Source: a virus (Duplodnaviria > Caudoviricetes). Taken from it: a DNA stretch of 64,000 nucleotides. Below the pieces are notes generated by a model, which did no database searches, was not told the DNA's origin, and was given only the letters and a program-made list of their open reading frames with translations. Positions within the stretch are counted from its first letter, which is position 1, and the number at the start of each line of letters is the position of its first letter. Positions 5,758-15,000 of this stretch are shown in pieces. Made by a program: the position numbers and the translations under genes. The stretch is from positions 190 to 64,189 of the IMG/VR virus record IMGVR_UViG_3300020577_005931; one strand, given 5' to 3'.

Positions 5758-8556
5758 ATGGAAAAGAGAATGTTCCGGTATTACCAAGCCGGCGAGAAGA
5801 CAGCCTGGTTTCCGATAAACGATTCAGATGAAGTTGAGTCCGTTGCTCTGTCGAAGGGCGCGAGAAAACTGACTATCCTTGCGGTATCGGAACTGGTCGA
5901 TGATGACCAGACAGACAAACAAGCACTGTCTTATCGCGGGCCTCTCTACTTTGACATCGATGTCAAAGGAGACCTTGCGTCAGCGATTGAATCCGGTCAG
6001 CGTCTGGTGAAGATGTTGATCGATAAATCTGTTGATGAAAACGATATAAGAGTTTTTTGCTCTGGATCAAAAGGTATTCACGTACTGGTTAACCAGAAGG
6101 TTTTCAGCAATGGAAGGCCTCAAAAAAGACTGCCACATATTTACAAGGAAATGGCACTGTCCTTGTTCGTACCTGGGTTGGATTTCCAGGTGTACTCAGG
6201 AGGACGTGGTAATTCTTTCCGTATACCTGGGGTTCAGCGGGTAGACGGTAAATACCGCTCTCCAATCAGCGTCGAAGAACTGATGACACTGACCACTGAA
6301 GAATATGCGATTGTCTGCGCGGAGCCAAGGACTGACTACTCCCACCCTGAGTGGGTTAATCAGAAGAGCATGGAAATGGAGGTCTTGTTTGAATCGTGCA
6401 AGATTAAATCAGGTAAGGCTGTAAGGGTTGCGGGTGGTCTTGCTGACACAGCTCTGAAGAAGATTGCCACTGACGCACCTAACTGCTTCCGTGACATTGC
6501 TGACTTTAAGAAGATTGCTTCTGATAAAAGTTTCAATGCAGTCGCTATGCAAGTAGGCATACTGATTGCCAGGACCGGGATGGAAGAATCGGTGTATCGA
6601 CCTTTCACCGACAGGTTGGCTGAGAACTCAGCGACCTCTGCGACTTCGGCACGGGGCCGTCGAGAGGAAGTTGAGGCCCAGATTCGCTACATGCAGGCCA
6701 ACAAGAAGTACGAGTTCTCCTGCGGCGGTATGCGTGACCTTCTCAGCAGTCGCCCTTGCGAAGGGTGCCCGCTTGAGTCTGAAGGCAGCGCATTCACCGG
6801 CATGGGTGAGAATCTGGGGATTGAAAAGAGATCGGACGGGTACTACTACATTGGTGCAAGGGCAGACATAAGGATCTCGACCTTCACGATGAGTCCGTTG
6901 AACGTGGTCATTGACCGGCCGCAGGATGGATCTGCACCGAGACGTGCCTACACGATCATGGCGATAGAAAGTAATGGGGTGAAGGTAGGTGAAATTTCTT
7001 TCAACGAATCGGGGTGGAAAAGCTCGGCTAACTTCAAGGATGAGGTTAGTGGGTTGAAGAACCTGGCTTTCATGGGTGGTGACGACCACATCCAGAGGAT
7101 AAAGCACATGACTTACAGCGAAGAAGAGCAGTCTGCCGGTGAGATCATGCAGGTCTACACGGCAGGGGTACACAGTGAGGAACGCCTGGGGAAGCGTCTC
7201 TACACCTACGTGGAGCCAGGATTTTCAATCAACAACGTCAGGGTTGAGGACACCTACAGACTGAAGGGCAGGATCATCTGTCCTCCGTACTTCTCATCAA
7301 CGACGATACCTGAGAAGGGGAGTGTTTCGGCCGACCGGGCGTTGGCGGCTTTCATGCAAATGAACAACCCGCTCAACATTGCCAAGATCCTTGGCTGGTT
7401 CGTCGCCTGCCACCTGAAGACGCATTTCATGGAGATGTACCGGCAGTTCCCAATCCTGAGTGCCTGGGGCAACGCAGGCAGCGGTAAGTCAAACACCATA
7501 GAAGTCGTGGCAAACCTGTGCGGGCTTGATCCGACTTCTGACACGCCGGTCAACGTCGCTTCGCCAACTGCATACGCCATACTTGAATATGCAGCATCAA
7601 CAACAACTATCCCGAGGGTAATGGAGGAATACAACAAGTCCAAGATGCAGTCGAAGAACTACGCAATGATCGGGGAAGTCCTGAAAGCAGCTTGGGGTAG
7701 TGAGACGATTGCAAGAGGTAACCTGGCCAAAAGGAGCAACCAATCGAGCGGAAGAACCGGGGCTTACGTTGAAGCGATAAAGGTCACTGCGCCGATCTGC
7801 ACCGTGAGCGAGCAAGCCCCTGAGATGCCAGCTCTAGTCCATCGTTCATTGCAGGTGATGTTCAAGTCTTCAGAGTTATCAATGGGTAGGCGTGAAGATT
7901 ACTACTACGAAGCCAGGGAAGGGATGGACGATCTCCGCAGGATTGGTAAATTCCTGATGCTTACCGCTTTGTGCAATACCAGGAGTGAGTGGATAAGGGA
8001 GGAGATGGCTAAAGCTAAAGAGTTGGTTTCACGAAAGCTGGATGAACGTCCGAGATATTCCAGACAGGTGATATGGGTGTCAATGAAATGGCTGGAATCC
8101 TGTCTTGAGAAACTGGAGTTGAAGGAGTCACTTAAAGTTCTTCGCAAGGATCTGTTACCAGTGCTGGAAGCGAACATCGCCGGACTTGACGAGGAATCCA
8201 GAAAGGCCAAGACGGAGATCGACAGTGTCATGGAGAGCCTGGCAGTGATGGCCGCCCTGTCCAACCAAGGCCAGGACTACATCAAGCACGGCGTTCATTA
8301 CATCGTCACTGACGATCACATATACATCGATGCGCCGACTTGCCACATCCTCTACAAGAAGTTCAGGCAGCAGTATGAAAGGGAGCCAGCAGTTATCTCA
8401 AGCGTCCAGCAGTTTGTTGTGCTGCTACGCGCCGAGAGCTACTACGAAGGTGACCAGCTCATCGAAGAAATAGCCAGGAACCGGATGTGCATGAAGTTGA
8501 GCAAGGCTGAAATGGCTCGTCGCGGGATTGATGTTTCACTGTTTGAAGGGGATTGA
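5758..8556 (+). CDS. AEP-type primase fused to P-loop helicase-like domain
   Basis: LYFDID and SGSKGIHV AEP motifs; CxxC cluster (FSC...PCEGCP); Walker A GNAGSGKS. Confidence 0.85.
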   Translation: MEKRMFRYYQAGEKTAWFPINDSDEVESVALSKGARKLTILAVSELVDDDQTDKQALSYRGPLYFDIDVKGDLASAIESGQRLVKMLIDKSVDENDIRVFCSGSKGIHVLVNQKVFSNGRPQKRLPHIYKEMALSLFVPGLDFQVYSGGRGNSFRIPGVQRVDGKYRSPISVEELMTLTTEEYAIVCAEPRTDYSHPEWVNQKSMEMEVLFESCKIKSGKAVRVAGGLADTALKKIATDAPNCFRDIADFKKIASDKSFNAVAMQVGILIARTGMEESVYRPFTDRLAENSATSATSARGRREEVEAQIRYMQANKKYEFSCGGMRDLLSSRPCEGCPLESEGSAFTGMGENLGIEKRSDGYYYIGARADIRISTFTMSPLNVVIDRPQDGSAPRRAYTIMAIESNGVKVGEISFNESGWKSSANFKDEVSGLKNLAFMGGDDHIQRIKHMTYSEEEQSAGEIMQVYTAGVHSEERLGKRLYTYVEPGFSINNVRVEDTYRLKGRIICPPYFSSTTIPEKGSVSADRALAAFMQMNNPLNIAKILGWFVACHLKTHFMEMYRQFPILSAWGNAGSGKSNTIEVVANLCGLDPTSDTPVNVASPTAYAILEYAASTTTIPRVMEEYNKSKMQSKNYAMIGEVLKAAWGSETIARGNLAKRSNQSSGRTGAYVEAIKVTAPICTVSEQAPEMPALVHRSLQVMFKSSELSMGRREDYYYEAREGMDDLRRIGKFLMLTALCNTRSEWIREEMAKAKELVSRKLDERPRYSRQVIWVSMKWLESCLEKLELKESLKVLRKDLLPVLEANIAGLDEESRKAKTEIDSVMESLAVMAALSNQGQDYIKHGVHYIVTDDHIYIDAPTCHILYKKFRQQYEREPAVISSVQQFVVLLRAESYYEGDQLIEEIARNRMCMKLSKAEMARRGIDVSLFEGD

Positions 8557-8558
8557 TT

Positions 8559-9188
8559 ATGAGTTGGGAATTTGTGATTAAGGCCTGGAAGTTCTGCTTA
8601 GAGAGGTTTGTCGATGATACCGGGTTATCAACTGAATACCGCCTAACTGTAGACGGTGCGGTCGTAGACAACAGCGCACATAGAACTTATGAACCAACCT
8701 TAAGGATGGCTCAGGAGTTGAGTTTTGGATTGGCGGTAGGGGATTTAGTTGACGAAAAGCCATCTAATCCGAAGGACGCAATCGGAAGCGACAAACTCCC
8801 GCTCCACCTGTGGCCCACCACAGCGACCGCGATGGGCTGCGTCGGAATGATGGAAGGGTTGAGTAAGTACGGCAGGAACAATTTCAGGGAGCACGGAGTG
8901 AGGGCTTCTGTTTACGTCGCGGCCTGCAAGCGCCACTTGGATGCCTGGTTTGAAGGGGAAGATTGCGCCCCGGACAGTGGCGTTCCTCACCTGGCCAACG
9001 CCCTCTCCTGCATCGCCATCATTGTCGATGCGAAAGCGGCGGGGAAGCTGAACGATGACAGGAACTACCGTGGGGAAGGTTACCGCGCATTGGTTGAGGA
9101 GCTTACCCCACACATCAGGAGATTGAGGGAGATGCACAAAGACAAGGATCCAATTCACTACACGATAGGGTACGAGAAAGATGAGTAA
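8559..9188 (+). CDS. DUF5664 dATP/dGTP diphosphohydrolase-domain protein
   Basis: NPKDAIG.DK.PLHL, KYG..N.R, RHL..WFEGED..PDSG.PHL..A. Confidence 0.85.
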   Translation: MSWEFVIKAWKFCLERFVDDTGLSTEYRLTVDGAVVDNSAHRTYEPTLRMAQELSFGLAVGDLVDEKPSNPKDAIGSDKLPLHLWPTTATAMGCVGMMEGLSKYGRNNFREHGVRASVYVAACKRHLDAWFEGEDCAPDSGVPHLANALSCIAIIVDAKAAGKLNDDRNYRGEGYRALVEELTPHIRRLREMHKDKDPIHYTIGYEKDE

Positions 9189-9543
9189 TGTTATGGAGTT
9201 GAGGCATAAAGAACTTGTGGAAAGAACCTGCAAACCAGGGGAGGAAATCATGAAGACGATCACCCCTACCCAGGCAGACCTGATCCACTGCGTAATGGGG
9301 CTGTCAGGGGAGGCTGGGGAGCTTCTGGACGCTGTCAAGAAGCATTGCATCTACGGTAAGCCGCTGGATATGGACAACGTCATCGAAGAAATGGGTGACA
9401 TTGAGTTCTTCATGGAACGCATCCGTTACCTGCTCGGCCTGAACCGGATGTCTATCCTGAGTGTCAATTACGAGAAGTTGATGAAGCGTTACCCCGAAGG
9501 TTACTCCGACAAACACGCACAGGAGAGGCTAGACAAGCAATGA
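9181..9543 (+). CDS. mazG: MazG-like NTP pyrophosphohydrolase
   Basis: GLSGEAGELLDAVKK, EEMGD, N..KL.KRYP. Confidence 0.9.
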   Translation: MSNVMELRHKELVERTCKPGEEIMKTITPTQADLIHCVMGLSGEAGELLDAVKKHCIYGKPLDMDNVIEEMGDIEFFMERIRYLLGLNRMSILSVNYEKLMKRYPEGYSDKHAQERLDKQ

Positions 9544-11099
9544 GCGCATACCTCCTTTCAGACATGTTCACAGCGGCGGGGATAAGAGACATCCCGGCCT
9601 CTGCGAGCTACATCGAAATCAGGTTGCCCCCTGACCTCGATGACGAAGAAGGGAGGTGGAACAAGCCGAGGCCCGACCAGGTCGGCGTACTGAACATGGC
9701 GATGAAGTCCCAGAGATTCGGGAATTATTCTGAGCCAGGTGTAGGCAAGACGGTTGTGGCCCAGGCGCTTGGGCTTTACTGGGTTTTCAGCGGTGAGCGT
9801 TGCCTTGTGGTGATGCCGCCTATCCTGCTCTACCAGTTCAAGGAGAGCCTGTCCGAGACCTTCTACGGCTCCGACAAGTTCGTTTATTCGCACGTCCTTG
9901 ACGACGAGCCGGCCAAGAGATCGAAACTCTTTGCCAAGTGGAAGGAGGAGAACAGCTGGCCGGGCTTCCTGATGATGAGTTACGAGATGTACCTGAGACT
10001 GCACCTGGAGTTCAAGGGCATCTACAACGTATTGATCTGCGATGAGGCGCAGAACCTGAAGAATGTGGATTCCAAGATCTATTCGGCGGTGCTGGAGCTG
10101 CTAGGGAAGTGGGATGATTCAATCCTGCACCTGATGACAGGAACGCCAGCCCATCGTGACCTGCTTGATTGCTACGCCTTGATAAAGCTGACCAACCCGA
10201 AGGCCTACTCAAGCCTCAGGGATTACCAGTCCAGGCATTGCGTTTACAAGAAGATAAAGTTGAAGGAGCCGAAAATTGTCCGTGGTAAAAACGGGAAGGA
10301 GAAAAAGATAGAGTCGTTCACCAAGTTGGCCGGGTTCAAGAACATTGCTGGCATCCACCAGGCCCTCTACGCCAACGGGTGCAGGATTACGAAAGACAAG
10401 GTGGTGCAGCTCCAGAAGCCTGTGGTTTCAGCTGTGCCGGTGAAACTCGACAAGACCCACAAGGAGCTTTACGACCGGTTATCGAAAGAGCGTGTGCTAG
10501 AGATTGGCGACCGGTTGATCAGTGCCCTTGAGGAACAGGCCCTCCGGCAGAAGCTGCTGCAGATAGTGACCTTCCCTGAATTGTTTGTGGAAGATCCTGG
10601 CAGCATCGTCAATAACATATTGCTGACGGTTGATGGACTGCTTGACATGATTCCGCTGGAGGAGACGAAAGTTATCCTCTTTGCCAACTACAAGGAATCG
10701 GTGAAGCAACTCGCCAAGCGTTACGAGAAATACAACCCTGCGATCCTCAACGGTGACGTGAGCAACCCTGAGGCGCAAAAGAATAAGTTCCTGAAAGACC
10801 TTACCTGCAGGATGCTGGTTGCCAACCCTGAATCAGCCGGGGTTGGGCTCAACCTGCAGTCGGTTTGCTACAACGCAATCTTTGTTGAACCCACAGGAAT
10901 ACCTGGGGGCTTCAAGCAAGCGTTGGAACGCATATTCAGGACGGGGCAGAAGTTCCAGGTTAACTGCTGGATTCTGAAGGCTATGGAAACCATCAGCCCG
11001 AATGCGATCAAGAACATGTACCTCAGGGAAGGGGCGATCCGAGCCATGAACCGGGATAAGGAATCCTTGTTGAAAGCCGCATCCGGGGCTGATTGTTAA
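9540..11099 (+). CDS. SNF2-family (SF2) helicase
   Basis: EPGVGKT, ICDEAQ, MTGTP, SAGVGLNLQ, ERIFR. Confidence 0.9.
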   Translation: MSAYLLSDMFTAAGIRDIPASASYIEIRLPPDLDDEEGRWNKPRPDQVGVLNMAMKSQRFGNYSEPGVGKTVVAQALGLYWVFSGERCLVVMPPILLYQFKESLSETFYGSDKFVYSHVLDDEPAKRSKLFAKWKEENSWPGFLMMSYEMYLRLHLEFKGIYNVLICDEAQNLKNVDSKIYSAVLELLGKWDDSILHLMTGTPAHRDLLDCYALIKLTNPKAYSSLRDYQSRHCVYKKIKLKEPKIVRGKNGKEKKIESFTKLAGFKNIAGIHQALYANGCRITKDKVVQLQKPVVSAVPVKLDKTHKELYDRLSKERVLEIGDRLISALEEQALRQKLLQIVTFPELFVEDPGSIVNNILLTVDGLLDMIPLEETKVILFANYKESVKQLAKRYEKYNPAILNGDVSNPEAQKNKFLKDLTCRMLVANPESAGVGLNLQSVCYNAIFVEPTGIPGGFKQALERIFRTGQKFQVNCWILKAMETISPNAIKNMYLREGAIRAMNRDKESLLKAASGADC

Positions 11100-11104
11100 A
11101 AATT

Positions 11105-11118
11105 CTGCCGAAAGGCAG
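11105..11118 (+). terminator. Short GNRA hairpin after helicase (possible terminator)
   Basis: CTGCC-GAAA-GGCAG; weak U tract. Confidence 0.4.
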
Positions 11119-11148
11119 TTGACACAGTACAGGAGCTTCGTGTACTGT
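11119..11148 (+). promoter_or_regulatory. Sigma70-like promoter of SSB-like gene overlapped by 8-bp inverted repeat
   Basis: TTGACA-18 bp-TACTGT; CACAGTAC (11123) / GTACTGTG (11142). Confidence 0.65.
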
Positions 11149-11222
11149 GAATCCCAGACAAACAGGTACCTGTTTGTTTAGAAGCAAACCAAACCTAAAC
11201 TGAAACCGAGAGGAAGACTATT

Positions 11223-11963
11223 ATGGCAATTCAAAAGAGAGCAAACGTAGGTGAAGCCGCCGCTGACGCCAAGGAAGCTGTGAGCCAGGTATTGGATCGT
11301 GAAGAAGCCCCAGAGACCCCCGCCCCGGCTGAGCCGACCGCTGGCACCGAACTGGCTGACGCTCCTGAGTCCCGTGCCGTTGCAGCCCCAGCAACACAAA
11401 GCGTCAACGTCATCAGTTCTTTGAACGAAGATGGCTTCGGTGGCCTTGAGATCAACTTCACCAGCTTCGAGACGATCATCCTTGAGAAGTCCTCCTTCGC
11501 TTGCACTCAGAGTGAGCGGAAGGTTAAGGAAGATTTTATCGTTCAGCTACAGTCCAGCCGCGAGAAGTATATGTTCGTGTCTGGCCACCCGGAGAGCGAA
11601 AACGGCGAGAGCGACCGTGAAATCCACTACAGCTACGACAAGAATGCTGACAAGAACGATCCAGAACTTGCGGCCAAGATCAAGAGCTGGAAGGAAGAGG
11701 ACGGTGTCGGCTACTCGGTCAAGACTTACGTTGAAGTCCTGGCAGTCATGGTTGATGATCAGGCTAACGGCGACCTCAACGGTGAGATGGTCCTCCTGCA
11801 GATCCCCCCAGCTTCAATCGGCAAGTTCAGTGGCTTTGTCGTGCAGCAGAAGCTGAAAGGCCGTGGTAAGCCTACGGACTACCAGACCAAGATCGGCGTT
11901 GGCGCGAAGATCGGGGAAGGCAAGAAAGCCTTCTATCCCTGGACGTTCACAGAAGCCAAGTAA
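11223..11963 (+). CDS. Putative ssDNA-binding/recombination protein
   Basis: Acidic, beta-rich, low-complexity N-terminus; sits between helicase and polymerase; function inferred from context. Confidence 0.5.
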   Translation: MAIQKRANVGEAAADAKEAVSQVLDREEAPETPAPAEPTAGTELADAPESRAVAAPATQSVNVISSLNEDGFGGLEINFTSFETIILEKSSFACTQSERKVKEDFIVQLQSSREKYMFVSGHPESENGESDREIHYSYDKNADKNDPELAAKIKSWKEEDGVGYSVKTYVEVLAVMVDDQANGDLNGEMVLLQIPPASIGKFSGFVVQQKLKGRGKPTDYQTKIGVGAKIGEGKKAFYPWTFTEAK

Positions 11964-12056
11964 TACCACGATTCGCACAATCGGGAGCCCAAAGCGATTT
12001 TCCCTGTGGGCTAAGGGCTCCCACACATCTAAATTTCATTCCAGCTCGGAGATCTC

Positions 12057-15000
12057 ATGACAACTGTAGCCCGACTTCTGGGACTGCCTCGCCGCCCGCG
12101 AGTAGTTCTCGACATAAAAGGTCTTTTAACCCATTCATACTTTTCAGGTAAGGACCTCGAACAGGTCCGCGACAACGAAGGCAATAAGACGAACCCTGCT
12201 GGTTACGGCCTGCAAGTTTTTATTGACCGATACCTCAAGCAAATCCTGGACGGCTTTGCCCCACTCGACATCATCGCTGTATGGGACGGCGGTAACGCAT
12301 ACAGGAAATCAATCTTCCCTGAATACAAGAAGTCCAGAGCCAAAGAAAAGACTGGCCTGGCTGCCCTGCAAGAGCAGGAACTGAACAAGTTATACAAGTA
12401 CGCCAAGGTGATCCTAGCTTACTCCGGTGCGATCAACTTGAGCGTAGACGGGGTTGAAGCTGACGACGTGATCGCACTTCTCACAGAGAAGTTGAAAGGC
12501 AACGTCATGCTTTACACCGTTGACCAGGATTTGATGCAACTCGCTTCTGAAAGAGTAGTTGTGTCATTCAGAGATACCTTCAGTGAAGAGCAGGAATACA
12601 AAGGGATTACCCCTGAGTTCATCCCTGTGTATAAATCCCTCGTCGGTGACACCAGTGACGAATACCCTGGGGTCAAAGGATTCGGCCCGAAAGCGTTTGA
12701 AAAGCTGCTTGAAATTTACGGCGAAGAGATCCTACCTGAGCTTAAAAGAATTGTAGAAGGTCAGCTGTTCGATGAGCTCGATGAAGCCGCCAGGGACAAC
12801 GACTGTAAACTCCTGCGTTTAATCCACGAAAACCGTAGCGAATGGAAGTTGATGTATCAACTGGCCAAGCTGCACCCTGAACTTTGTTACCAGATGAAGA
12901 GGAACGACAAGATAGAGCCTAAGTTCTATACTCGGGCTCCTGACGCTGGAAAAGTATTAGTATTGTTGGAAGAGGCTGGGTGCAGCCACCTTGAGGAAGT
13001 GTTCGCCCCCTTCCTTGGTGGGCAGTCTTTGGCTGACCTTACTTCTTACGACGACAAGGCTGAGCATCTTGTCAGGAACCTGGCTGAAAGCCCTGTAGTT
13101 GCATTCGACTTTGAAACCTACGATCCGGTTAAGCACCAAGCCTTTATAGAAGCAGCCTCTGACAAAACAAAAGCTGACGGGTTTGTCGACACGTTGTCGT
13201 CGATCCCTACTGGAGGGGCGTTTACCTACGGTAACAATCTCCAGTACACCTTCTACGTTCCTGAGCTTCACAGAGAGACAGATAACGTATCAAACGGGGT
13301 GTCTGATATCCTCAAGCATCTTGATGAGTTCTGGGGGGGCCCTATAGCAGTTCACAACGCGGCTTTTGAATGCGTAATTGCTAAACTGAATTACGGGGTA
13401 AATCTCAGCCGCCCTGTAGACACCATGATAATGTCTAGCTACGTCGATGAAAATGAAAGAAGCGGGTTGAAGTCTTGCTCCAAGAAATATCTCGGTCACG
13501 AGCAGACAAGCTATCGGCAACTGATGGAAGAGACTGGCGCTACTGACATGAGAGGAGTTAGTGGGCAGGAAGTGCTGTCGTATGGCTGCGATGACGCCCT
13601 CATGACCGCTCACTTGTGGAAACTGTTTGACCTCGTCTGTACTCTCGAAGGCCACATAGATTTCTACCTTGAGAACGAGACAAGCCCTGTCCACATACTG
13701 AATGATTCTTTCATCGCTGGAGTCAATGTTGACTTTGCCCGTATGAGAGAACTGTCTGACTCTGATAAGCAAACGGTAGAGGAAGGGGTGGCCAAGATTC
13801 GTGGGCTTCTGAAAGACAACTGCACAGAGATAAATGAGGCTAATGCTGAGCAGTTCTTTAACGCTGACAAGGAAGCGTTAAGAGCTAAGTTGGACGACAA
13901 GGCCAAGTCAAAGGGTTGGGCTCGTGATCGAGTTAAAGCAGAGATGGATAAGGTTCTTCTGGAGTACACAGGTAAAACTGCTTACATCCCGCTGACTCTT
14001 GTAAAGCCTGAGGTAGATTTCAAGCCAACACCAGCACAGATACGAAAGGTGATTGAGCTCCTTGGTTGGCCGGTTGAGTTATCTGCCAAACTGAAGAGTG
14101 CTTCAGCTTCATCGGTAACAGAATTTTTGATGGCAGTGGACGCTCCTGTTACAGACGAAACGCAGGTAATGTTCCTGGAGGAGCTTGCTGCAGCCGCCAA
14201 GCACCTTAACAAATACAAGGAGTCTCCTGAGCTGGTCGAGGCTTTCGTTAATCTATGCTCCTCAATCATGTCTTCCAGCATGAAAGAGACCGTGGTTGGT
14301 GACGAACTTAATTTCGGTAGCCCTGTGCAAATGAAAGAACTTTTCTACCTGAAACTCGGGCTCCCTGTAAGGGAGCGCACCAAGAAAACAAAAGGAAGTT
14401 TCAGGGATGTTAACGGGCTCCCTGGCAGCCCTGCTACTGATGAAGTGGCGGTGATGTCAGCCCTCCTGAATGACTGCCCTGAAGGCGACTGGAGAAGGGA
14501 TGTGTTGAAGACCCTACTCGATGTTAAAGAGGCTATGACCAGAGAGAGTTTGTTCTATTCAAAATATCCTCACTGGGTTCACCCAAGGGACGGAGTAGTC
14601 CATCCAAGCATCAGGAACTGTGGAACGGTAACTAGGAGACCAACAGGTGGGTCTCCCAACCTCCTACAGGTTTCCAAAGGCCAAACTAGATCCATATTCA
14701 TCCCTAGATACACAGGTGAAGTAATAATCTCCATCGACTTCTCAGGTCAGGAACTGAGACTCACTGGTAGCGAAAGTAAGGACAAGGTCTTGATCGACTG
14801 TTACGTAGGCGGGGGTGTGCGGGTAGACGAAGATGGCATGGAACACCCAGTTGTAAAGGATGTTCACTCTGTCACTTCATGTGCATTCACTACTGACATC
14901 GTCGCCAGGGAAGCAGGTAAAGAGTGGCTACCTAAACTTGAGATGAATAGTAACGGCTTCGTTGATTATGATTTCTTCAGGAAGGTGATGTTGCACGACA

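Noticed and set aside
8559-9543. 2-aminoadenine (Z) genome system
   Set aside because: No PurZ or DatZ-like HD gene recognisable in the window
11156-11172. 17-bp match agacaaacaggtacctg to the reverse complement of 57077-57093
   Set aside because: Second copy is inside a coding region (LDKQVP) and partly self-palindromic; treated as chance
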